IMG/VR virus record: IMGVR_UViG_3300000115_000005 | Source: a virus | DNA length: 64,000 nucleotides | Reading direction: 5' to 3' (one strand) | Shown here: in pieces, positions 19,125 to 26,872 of the stretch | Position numbering within the stretch: position 1 is the stretch's first letter | Layout: the number at the start of each line of letters is the position of its first letter | Position numbers and translations under genes: made by a program | The notes under the pieces: generated by a model | What the model was told of the DNA's origin: nothing | Seen by the model: the letters and a program-made list of their open reading frames with translations, nothing else | The model's database searches: none

Positions 19125-19132
19125 TGAAACTC

Positions 19133-20002
19133 CTATTCTAAAAAAATTAGAGGCACTTCCATTTTACTTAATGAGTTTGCGTGTATAAAAAAACCCAAAA
19201 ATCTTTCGCCTATAAAACCTGGATACCTCCAAGGAAAAGGTTCTGAAAATGTATCACCCGATTGTTTTGTGGGATAAACTTTAGAACAATTCTTGTATAT
19301 ATATTCAAGTATTTGAAACAACTCTGAAGAGTATTTTAAGAAATATTCTTTTTTAAAAATATAAGTTGTTGTAAATGGTACCCGATTTTGTTCAAACCAC
19401 AATAAACTTTCTTGATCATAATTTAATTCTAAGATAGCCTTATGGAATAAATTCCAATATTCTACGGGTTGTGATTGTAAATATTGTTCACTCACGGAAC
19501 AATTAAGATAAGTTGATTTATTAGTGATTACATCAACACATGACATGAAGTGTAATATTGTTCTTCTTTCATCTTCTGTACCAAGGTCTAAAGCTCGATC
19601 TGCTGGTAAATTAAAATCATTAAAATATGGAAATATTTTATATAAATTGCCATTGTAGACTGGTACATCTTGTTTGAAAGAAAGCATACGTCTATATGTG
19701 TTACAACCAATATTATCAACTTCGGGTTGTTCTTTTAATAACCAATATTCTGTTGCTTGTTGACCAAACGCTTTTAAAAAATCATCTTTTGAAACACCTT
19801 CAGCTTCGTAATATTTGTAAAAATCATCATAGATCCAGTCTATGAATATTGAATTTTTACCAATGTCTACCTTATCGACATGACATGGTTTAATCCAATC
19901 GGATTTTTCATTATAAGGAAAAGGTTTGTGGAAGTGTGGGTATATACAAATGCTCATATGTGGTTGTTCCAATTTTTTCACCGTGTCCCAAGGAGGCCAC
20001 AT
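19133..20002 (-). CDS. DUF4422-like glycosyltransferase
   Basis: IG..TYRR, YIFKKE.F..Y...LF.IL, RYPGFIGERFL. Confidence 0.6.
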   Translation of the reverse strand: MWPPWDTVKKLEQPHMSICIYPHFHKPFPYNEKSDWIKPCHVDKVDIGKNSIFIDWIYDDFYKYYEAEGVSKDDFLKAFGQQATEYWLLKEQPEVDNIGCNTYRRMLSFKQDVPVYNGNLYKIFPYFNDFNLPADRALDLGTEDERRTILHFMSCVDVITNKSTYLNCSVSEQYLQSQPVEYWNLFHKAILELNYDQESLLWFEQNRVPFTTTYIFKKEYFLKYSSELFQILEYIYKNCSKVYPTKQSGDTFSEPFPWRYPGFIGERFLGFFIHANSLSKMEVPLIFLE

Positions 20003-20005
20003 TAA

Positions 20006-20164
20006 TTATTTACTTTTCTTTTTTTTAGTGTATTCTATTTTGGTATTATCTGCATCAATAATATTTTTTTTATAGTTGGATCTTTCCTCACCTTGCATCA
20101 TAGATAAAAATATTTTATCTTGTTTACTCATTTTATAATTGCGGTTAGGTTTCACGGACTGCAT
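20006..20164 (-). CDS. Small basic hypothetical protein
   Basis: True start MQSVKP at 20164 after a GGAG RBS; the longer ORF in the track runs through a terminator. Confidence 0.55.
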   Translation of the reverse strand: MQSVKPNRNYKMSKQDKIFLSMMQGEERSNYKKNIIDADNTKIEYTKKKKSK

Positions 20165-20175
20165 TATATATCTCC

Positions 20176-20207
20176 AAATAAAAGGTGGGGGTACGAAACC
20201 CCCCACC
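20176..20207 (-). terminator. Rho-independent terminator after hsp20
   Basis: GGTGGGGG stem-loop CCCCCACC followed by TTTTATTT. Confidence 0.8.
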
Positions 20208-20211
20208 GGCA

Positions 20212-20706
20212 CTAAGCTGCTTTAGATTCTTGTAAAAGTTCAGGTTTAAGTAAATTGAGACTATTACTAATTTCAACTTTTCTTGGTTTTTTATGATCTG
20301 GTATAACATTCTCTAAACCAACTCTTAAAATACCATCCTTAAACTCAGCACCTTTTACTTCTAGAGTATCAGCTACAGATAGGGTTTTTGTGAATGAGCG
20401 TGTACCTATACCTTTGTGTAAATATGAAACACTCTCAACTTCTTTTTCAATCTTTTCACCTCTAATAACTAAAGAGTTATCCTCTACTGTTATTTCAACT
20501 TCTTCTTTACTAAAGCCAGCAATAGCTAATTCAACAATATAATTGTTTTCATTAACCATTAATATATTATGTGGCGGAAAAGTTGAAGATGTTTTATTAT
20601 TTAAGATTCTTTCGACATCCTTAAATACTCTTTCAAAACCTAAAGTAGAGTGAGCTAATAGAGCTCTTTCTAGACCTTTAAAATGACCGGTTGTAATATC
20701 TACCAT
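20212..20706 (-). CDS. hsp20: Small heat-shock protein
   Basis: FPPHNI, ELAIAGF, YLHKGIGTRSF, AEFKDGIL, IPDHKKPR. Confidence 0.95.
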   Translation of the reverse strand: MVDITTGHFKGLERALLAHSTLGFERVFKDVERILNNKTSSTFPPHNILMVNENNYIVELAIAGFSKEEVEITVEDNSLVIRGEKIEKEVESVSYLHKGIGTRSFTKTLSVADTLEVKGAEFKDGILRVGLENVIPDHKKPRKVEISNSLNLLKPELLQESKAA

Positions 20707-20766
20707 TTTTAATTCTCCTTAAAATAAGCAAGTTAAACAATTGTGACCCTTTTTAGGCATCACTAA

Positions 20767-20774
20767 TATTTAGT
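20767..20774 (-). promoter_or_regulatory. Late promoter variant ACTAAATA and structured hsp20 leader
   Basis: ACTAAATA followed by a GTGATGCC...GGGTCAC hairpin and a CTTGCTT/AAGGAG anti-SD. Confidence 0.55.
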
Positions 20775-21180
20775 TACTAAGTTCTTCTGGTTTTTTACCA
20801 ATGTTGTACTTAGCGACTAAATTCCATTCATCCTTCTCCTTGAAGGATATAATCTTTATCTGGTGTAATGGAGCAACATTATTACCAATATTTTCCTGAT
20901 TTAATATTGTTAGTAAACCCCATTCTTCTAATAATTTTGCAATAGCATTTCTTCTCTGTATATCATTTTCAGATATATTAGATGGCTTACCATCTAATGC
21001 AAATAGTTCTTTGAAATGTACAATATAATACTTACCTTGTTTATGTAATATATGACAAGATTGGTAGAGGACTTTTTCTTTTCTTGATGAAACACCTATT
21101 CTTGTTAAGGTTTCACGGACTTTTAAAAAGTCATCCTGTTCTTCTAATGTAACTTCTATGAAGTTGTTTAAGTCTACCAT
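20770..21180 (-). CDS. regA: Translational repressor RegA
   Basis: DDFLKVRETLTRIGV, LYQSCHILHKQGKYYIVHFKELFALDG. Confidence 0.97.
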   Translation of the reverse strand: MVDLNNFIEVTLEEQDDFLKVRETLTRIGVSSRKEKVLYQSCHILHKQGKYYIVHFKELFALDGKPSNISENDIQRRNAIAKLLEEWGLLTILNQENIGNNVAPLHQIKIISFKEKDEWNLVAKYNIGKKPEELSN

Positions 21181-21181
21181 T

Positions 21182-21577
21182 TTATTTCTTTCTACCACCT
21201 ATATCGGTAATCTCTTGCAGTTTTTGAATTTGATCTTTGGAAAGTATTCGAGAGGCTTCTAAAGCTTTTGTGTCTGAGAAGTTATAATATCTCTTTATAC
21301 ATTCTAAATTTTCACTCTTTGATCCAGGTTTTAACCATTTTGAAAAAGGTCTCCTCATGGATCTAACTGTATTTAGTAAAAAGTCATTCTGCATTTTATT
21401 GTCTAAAAAATGTCTTTGGTTCATTTCATTTGCGAAAATAATACAATCTTTGTGATAACTTAGAGAACGATTGGTTAAAAATGGCTTATATTCTTTCTCT
21501 GTTATATCATCAACAATCAATTGCTTTTTACCTTGCAATATTTGTTTTACAAATTCAAATGGGCTTGTTTTAATCAT
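21182..21577 (-). CDS. gp62: Clamp loader small subunit
   Basis: YKPFLTNRSLS, ANEMN, position between gp44 and regA. Confidence 0.93.
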   Translation of the reverse strand: MIKTSPFEFVKQILQGKKQLIVDDITEKEYKPFLTNRSLSYHKDCIIFANEMNQRHFLDNKMQNDFLLNTVRSMRRPFSKWLKPGSKSENLECIKRYYNFSDTKALEASRILSKDQIQKLQEITDIGGRKK

Positions 21578-22172
21578 GTGTCGTATACCAACCTGTTATT
21601 ATATATTTTTCATGTTCTTTTGTTATTTGACCTGAGTGTACATGAGTAAAATAAGCAGGCCATATTACAGTCAAACCTTTAATGGCAGGTGTTGTAAATT
21701 TTTGATACTTGAAATTTGTACCACCATCAGGAACATCATTTAAGTATGTCATAAAGACCAATACTCTATTTCCATCTGGCTTCCTATGGTCATTCTCAAA
21801 ATGATCTAAGAAATATCCTTCACCAGGTTTATAATATTGTAATACATAATCACAAAATATATTAAACTCTTTTACATTATTTACCATTGGATATTTTTTA
21901 ATATATTCCATCAAACATTTTTGTAACCATATTCTATAATCACTTATACATGAATCAATGTTTTTAGGGTGTATTACAATATCTGTTCTTTTTGTTCTTA
22001 ATGCTTTTTTGGTTAAAGGAGTAAAACCATCTGAATCATATTCATTGTACCTTAAAGTAGATTCATGTTTTTGTGAATTATTTTTAAAATACTGTACAAG
22101 ATTATCACAAATATTTTCTGGTATATAACAGCCGCCAATCAAAGATTCTAATGGAAAGTAATGTTTCTTCAT
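21570..22172 (-). CDS. 2OG-Fe(II) oxygenase (prolyl-4-hydroxylase-like)
   Basis: QYYKPGEGY..HFE, FMTYLNDV.DGGT, WPA.FTHVH, KYIITGW. Confidence 0.88.
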   Translation of the reverse strand: MKKHYFPLESLIGGCYIPENICDNLVQYFKNNSQKHESTLRYNEYDSDGFTPLTKKALRTKRTDIVIHPKNIDSCISDYRIWLQKCLMEYIKKYPMVNNVKEFNIFCDYVLQYYKPGEGYFLDHFENDHRKPDGNRVLVFMTYLNDVPDGGTNFKYQKFTTPAIKGLTVIWPAYFTHVHSGQITKEHEKYIITGWYTTHD

Positions 22173-23101
22173 TTGAAATCACACTCTACCATTAGCTCAG
22201 TTAAACAAGCAACTGTATTAATCTCTTGATCAGATACAAATGCAGCTTTATATTGATAATCTGCAAGTATTAAAACTGCCTTTGGTATCGAATGAGGTTT
22301 AAGTTTTTCATATAGCACATCATAGAGTTTACGAAACAATGCATTTGAGTCAATATCGTTTGTAGCGACCCACTTTCTAATCTCTTTAAAGTTTTTTTCT
22401 TCTATGAATCCTACGATCTTTTCTATCGGTACATCACCAATTTGCGATAAAATACCAATATCAATCTTACCAAAGTTTGAATATCTTTGTAGCTCATTAA
22501 TCACTCTACGAAAATCTGGAAAGTGTTTCTTAATAAGTTCTGCAACAACCTTTTGATCGTACTCAACACCTTCATTATCAAGAACACCAACAATTCTTTT
22601 CATGAACTGTGAAGCCATTTGGACTTTCTCACCATTGCGTAAGGTAAAGTCAACAACGGCACACCTAGAGTGTAGTGGTTCTATGATACGATTCTTATAG
22701 TTACAAGTAAATATGAATGAACAATTACTTGCAAACTCTTCTATTGCGTTTCTAAGAGCGGGTTGAGTTGAGTTTGGATTAAGATAGTCTGCTTCATCTA
22801 TAATGATGACCTTGCGACCACCAGCTAAACTAACTGAAGAAGCATAGTTCTTTATCTTAACTCGAAAGGTGTCGATACCTGATTCATCAGAACCATTGAT
22901 TATGATTGAATCACAACCAATCTCTTGACACATAGCTTTTGCTACTGTGGTTTTACCAACACCTGCACCACCACTTAATAATAAGTTTGGTATGTTGGAT
23001 GTATTTACATACTCCTGAAAAGGTTTTTTAACTCTATCTGGTAATATGCAATCCTTTATGGCCTGCGGCCGATACTTCTCTGTCCATAATAAATGTTCCA
23101 T
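22169..23101 (-). CDS. gp44: Clamp loader large subunit
   Basis: LWTEKYRP, GGAGVGKTT, IIDEADY, LHSRC. Confidence 0.97.
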   Translation of the reverse strand: MEHLLWTEKYRPQAIKDCILPDRVKKPFQEYVNTSNIPNLLLSGGAGVGKTTVAKAMCQEIGCDSIIINGSDESGIDTFRVKIKNYASSVSLAGGRKVIIIDEADYLNPNSTQPALRNAIEEFASNCSFIFTCNYKNRIIEPLHSRCAVVDFTLRNGEKVQMASQFMKRIVGVLDNEGVEYDQKVVAELIKKHFPDFRRVINELQRYSNFGKIDIGILSQIGDVPIEKIVGFIEEKNFKEIRKWVATNDIDSNALFRKLYDVLYEKLKPHSIPKAVLILADYQYKAAFVSDQEINTVACLTELMVECDFK

Positions 23102-23128
23102 TGGAACTCCTCACATAATAAATCATAA

Positions 23129-23431
23129 TCAAAGTTTTTTCAAATCGTCTATTTTTTTAGAATCTTTAATAGCTCGATTGAAATGTGTATTCATACCATC
23201 TTGGATAGTTTCGTTATCATTCAACCTTTTAATAACTTCACTTAGAGTATTTTCAACATCCCAAGATCCTTCATTTCCACAATATAATGTGGTTACTGTT
23301 TTCAATTCATTATCATCAGATGTTTTCAACTGTTCAAAAATAGTATACACCTTATCAGCATTGACGTAAATAACATCAGTAACATTACCTTTAAAAGCGT
23401 TTTTAAGTTTGATCAATTTAGCCATCATCAT
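23129..23431 (-). CDS. Hypothetical protein
   Basis: Probable start at MMMAKLIKL, overlapping the end of gp45. Confidence 0.55.
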   Translation of the reverse strand: MMMAKLIKLKNAFKGNVTDVIYVNADKVYTIFEQLKTSDDNELKTVTTLYCGNEGSWDVENTLSEVIKRLNDNETIQDGMNTHFNRAIKDSKKIDDLKKL

Positions 23432-24110
23432 TAGCCTCAAAATTACTACCAGTTTCAGTCGAGATCCAATATTGTAGTGTTGTATCTTTGTTTTTAAAAT
23501 GAGAAACACCTTTAGATGATATACTCACTTCATAGTTACCAGGTAAAATTTTACTTATGTTTTCTGTTTTGAAAACCATTTTATACTTGTTACCATTACC
23601 CTTATCAATCTGTAAGGCATCTGTATGAGCACTATCATCTTGACCATTGAATGATACAACATCAACTGTAACACCATCGGATTGAATTGCAATATGCGGA
23701 GAACTTAAAGCTGAACTTGACTTTAAAATCCAATCAAAATCTTCACTTGAAAGTAAACATTTTATTTCCGCAGCTGGCATTACAAAGTTTTTCTCAGGAG
23801 GTAATACGATCATTGTTGGGTCACAAAAACGATACTTAATTCTAGATCGACCTTTCTTACCTACAACAACAACGTGTTTGGCATCAAACTCGAATGATGG
23901 ATTATCTTTATCTAAAGAAACTACCGAAAGAAAGTTATTCAAATCGTAGACACCAAAATCTGCTGGAATATCCTCTTCAATTGTAGCCTCAGCTAAAATA
24001 TTTTTGTGAGAGGATACTGTCTTTAAAGTTTTACCTTTCTTAAAGAAAATACCTTGATTAATATTTGCATAATTTTTTAATACGTTTAACGTCTTAGAGC
24101 TCATCTTCAT
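23418..24110 (-). CDS. gp45: Sliding clamp
   Basis: LKNYANINQGI, FGVYDLNNFL, LPGNYEV; position upstream of gp44. Confidence 0.95.
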   Translation of the reverse strand: MKMSSKTLNVLKNYANINQGIFFKKGKTLKTVSSHKNILAEATIEEDIPADFGVYDLNNFLSVVSLDKDNPSFEFDAKHVVVVGKKGRSRIKYRFCDPTMIVLPPEKNFVMPAAEIKCLLSSEDFDWILKSSSALSSPHIAIQSDGVTVDVVSFNGQDDSAHTDALQIDKGNGNKYKMVFKTENISKILPGNYEVSISSKGVSHFKNKDTTLQYWISTETGSNFEANDDG

Positions 24111-24388
24111 TTATTATCACCTCGTTTTATATCATGATTATGTAATGCTATTATTCCATAGTGTAACACTTTTAAAAGGTCTTTTCGGCAATAGCCATCT
24201 TTTTTGCCGTACCTTTGTGCATATTTCATAATGTTACCAATACAGAATCCTTCACCATGGCCACTATCAATAATAAATTCAGTCGCCTGAAACTTATCTT
24301 TTGAATAGTGTTGCCCATATGTTTGATCTATGTATAAATGTAATTCATTGATCAGTTCATCTTCATTATATTTGTAATCTATTGTCAT
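24107..24388 (-). CDS. DUF3310-like small protein
   Basis: TYGQHY, GFCIGNIMKYAQRYGKK, DLLKVLHY. Confidence 0.7.
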   Translation of the reverse strand: MTIDYKYNEDELINELHLYIDQTYGQHYSKDKFQATEFIIDSGHGEGFCIGNIMKYAQRYGKKDGYCRKDLLKVLHYGIIALHNHDIKRGDNK

Positions 24389-25200
24389 AGTTTACCAGTA
24401 AATTGTGCAACAGCTGGCATATTACCAGAGAAAGCATATGTACCAATGTGTTGTGTTTTCATCCATGGGCATAAGTAAATTTGTCCACCCATTTTACGCC
24501 ACATTTGGCAAAACATATAATCTTCACTTAAATACCTATCTGAACCACCATCAGTAATGCTACCTTTACTATCAATAACGGTGTCGAAATAAGCGTGAAT
24601 ATATCTAGAACCATCAAAATGTTGTTGGCCAACATGATCTGGTTTGTAATGTATTTGTGGGTAGTGATCCTTCATTTTGTCAAATACTTGACGTTGAACT
24701 AACATAAAACCAGTACCAATTTCCATAACTTCTAATGGTTCGGTAACTTGGAATTGATCTGTTCCTTTTACTACATTGAACACATATTCCCCAACTAAAG
24801 ATTCTAGTTCACCCGGATCTAAGTCTGGATGATTTCTGGCTGCGTGAGCCACATTTCCCCAATTGATTGATTTTTTCGGATATGGACCACCCGAAACTTC
24901 TTTATTCATTGCCAATAAGGCTAATATATCTTGTGGATTGTAATGTATGTCCGAATCAATGAATAATAGATGAGTAAAACCCGATCTTAAAAATTCATCA
25001 ACCAAATAATTTCTTGCTCTTGTAATTAATGATTCATTAAAAAGAAATGAAAACTTTGTTTCTACTCCATACTTGCTCATTTGTGCTTGAAGGTCTAAAC
25101 ATGATTTAATATAAAGGCCATGTGCCATACCACCATACATAGGTGTTGCAATAAACAATTTATGTTGTTTTAAATCATCAACTTTAACTTGAATTTCCAT
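24385..25200 (-). CDS. GT-A-fold glycosyltransferase-like protein
   Basis: FIATPMYGG, ESLITRARN, LLFIDSD (DxD), GTGFML, LSEDYMFC, HIG. Confidence 0.7.
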   Translation of the reverse strand: MEIQVKVDDLKQHKLFIATPMYGGMAHGLYIKSCLDLQAQMSKYGVETKFSFLFNESLITRARNYLVDEFLRSGFTHLLFIDSDIHYNPQDILALLAMNKEVSGGPYPKKSINWGNVAHAARNHPDLDPGELESLVGEYVFNVVKGTDQFQVTEPLEVMEIGTGFMLVQRQVFDKMKDHYPQIHYKPDHVGQQHFDGSRYIHAYFDTVIDSKGSITDGGSDRYLSEDYMFCQMWRKMGGQIYLCPWMKTQHIGTYAFSGNMPAVAQFTGKL

Positions 25201-25211
25201 AATGTTCCCAT

Positions 25212-25262
25212 AAAAAAATGACTAAGACTAATACGCTCTACCTATATGTATTAGTCTTAGCC
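25212..25262 (-). terminator. Rho-independent terminator
   Basis: 13-bp perfect stem CTAAGACTAATAC/GTATTAGTCTTAG followed by TTTTTTT on the minus strand. Confidence 0.7.
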
Positions 25263-25280
25263 GACAATCATAAGCTTTTT

Positions 25281-25553
25281 TTAGGCAAAAGCATTAATGC
25301 CTTGTGATCGTAGTGCCATAATACCAGCAGATACAATCTCTTTAGTTGGTTTACCCAACCGATAGAAACTCACCTTTGAACCATTAGAAACTTTCTTTGA
25401 GTTCCTGTAAATTGCGTGTCCTTTTTTTCTCAAGGTATCAATCATGGCAGATGGATTCTTAACACCAAATTTAGAACGCATTTGATTAGCGGTGAGCGTA
25501 TTGTACCCATCAACTTTAGAAAGATACGTTATGATTTTGCTCTCACTTGACAT
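25281..25553 (-). CDS. Small winged-HTH DNA-binding protein
   Basis: LTANQMRSKFGVKNPSAMIDTLRKKGHAIY...YRLG; start MSSE after a GGAG RBS. Confidence 0.65.
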   Translation of the reverse strand: MSSESKIITYLSKVDGYNTLTANQMRSKFGVKNPSAMIDTLRKKGHAIYRNSKKVSNGSKVSFYRLGKPTKEIVSAGIMALRSQGINAFA

Positions 25554-25563
25554 AAACAACTCC

Positions 25564-25601
25564 AAAATAAAATTGAACGGTACATTTCAGGAGGACCGTT
25601 C
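25564..25601 (-). terminator. Possible terminator after the AAA ATPase
   Basis: GAACGGT...ACCGTTC stem followed by AATTTTATTTT. Confidence 0.45.
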
Positions 25602-25622
25602 TCACTCCTTTAGGGGCGGTGG

Positions 25623-26780
25623 TTATGATACACTCTCATCAGGTAGGGGAGTTTTGGGAGTTTCTTCACCTGTAAGTAGTGAGTCAGCATCAGCACCAGA
25701 ATCTACTTTGGTATACAAGTCTAAGAATGTAGCCTTAGTGTCCTCGTCAAAACGAGCAATACACTTAGCAATACTCTTTAACTTATCGGAGAATATACCA
25801 AAAGTTCTGGATATGTGAACTAATCGTCTAGTCGATATGACTTCATCACAACCACCTTGTTCAAATGTTTTACGGATAACTTCAGCCCAAAGCACAAGCT
25901 TCTCAGCAAAGTCATCATCTTGACCATCTAATTCTTTTTTGAGAATGTTAATCTCAATCTTTCTTGAAGGCCAATCTTGCTCTTCAGTTGTAGGGAATCT
26001 CTCAAGAAATGCCTCATTAAGCACGTTAGTGTACATATAACGACCATCATCTGAGCCCTTGCCTTTTGTATTAGCAGTAGCAAAGATTGTAAAGCCTTCA
26101 GCAGGTTCTACAATTTCACCTTTCTTTTTAAGAAGAAATGGCTTGCCTTCTAAAACACGTTGCAACGAAGCAAGATTATTCGCACCATAATCTATTTCAT
26201 CTATACATAATACAGCACCCTGCTTCGCCGCCACCGTGACTGGACCATCTCGCCATTCCATTTGACCATTGATCAATACATAATTACCAAGTAAATCGCC
26301 TTCATCAGTTTCAGGTGTCATTGATACGCAAACATACTTGCGTTTGTTTCTCGCACAAGCTTGTTCAACTGACATTGTTTTACCATTACCAGATTGACCT
26401 GTGATAAAACATGGAAAAAACTTTTTGGATTTAATAATACTTTCAACATCTTTATAGATGCCAAAAGGAACATAGTTTGAATATTTTTCAGGTATCAAAC
26501 TATTAACTTCTAAAGAAGTGACAACAGAGCTAATTACATTTGCCTCTGCTGTTGGTGTTTTTCTGATTGTTGTTTTTGCTGTAGGTAACTTTACTACCTT
26601 AGCAACATATTCTGAAACGTCATAGACGCCACGGCCTATTCTTAGGTCTTTTTGGTTTGTAAACCAGTATGGATGAGCAATACCTGTATCAGATACAATA
26701 TTTTTAATATCATCTGTGGTAACACTCTCTTTACCTAACTTTACAACCGCATCAATAAACTTTTGTCTAACTTTACTCAT
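25623..26780 (-). CDS. MoxR/CobS-like AAA+ ATPase
   Basis: GQSGNGKT, DLLG, W.DGPV, LCIDEID, ATANTKGKG, NEAFLERF, ISTRRL. Confidence 0.92.
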   Translation of the reverse strand: MSKVRQKFIDAVVKLGKESVTTDDIKNIVSDTGIAHPYWFTNQKDLRIGRGVYDVSEYVAKVVKLPTAKTTIRKTPTAEANVISSVVTSLEVNSLIPEKYSNYVPFGIYKDVESIIKSKKFFPCFITGQSGNGKTMSVEQACARNKRKYVCVSMTPETDEGDLLGNYVLINGQMEWRDGPVTVAAKQGAVLCIDEIDYGANNLASLQRVLEGKPFLLKKKGEIVEPAEGFTIFATANTKGKGSDDGRYMYTNVLNEAFLERFPTTEEQDWPSRKIEINILKKELDGQDDDFAEKLVLWAEVIRKTFEQGGCDEVISTRRLVHISRTFGIFSDKLKSIAKCIARFDEDTKATFLDLYTKVDSGADADSLLTGEETPKTPLPDESVS

Positions 26781-26819
26781 AATATAAAAACTCCCACGTT
26801 TTTGTTAATCTATGGTACC

Positions 26820-26848
26820 ATCCTATCAGCACCAACCCCATTTGTCAA
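26820..26848 (-). promoter_or_regulatory. Sigma70-type early promoter
   Basis: TTGACA-AATGGGGTTGGTGCTGA (17 nt)-TAGGAT; spacer nearly identical to the promoter at 17735. Confidence 0.85.
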
Positions 26849-26855
26849 GCGATAA

Positions 26856-26872
26856 TGTTGCATTTTTACAAC
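26856..26872. promoter_or_regulatory. Palindromic operator-like site GTTG-N8-CAAC
   Basis: TGTTGCATTTTTACAAC just upstream of the -35; a second copy is at 29318-29337. Confidence 0.5.

Noticed and set aside
26856-26872. LexA SOS box
   Set aside because: The half-sites are GTTG/CAAC, not CTGT/ACAG or other LexA boxes I know.
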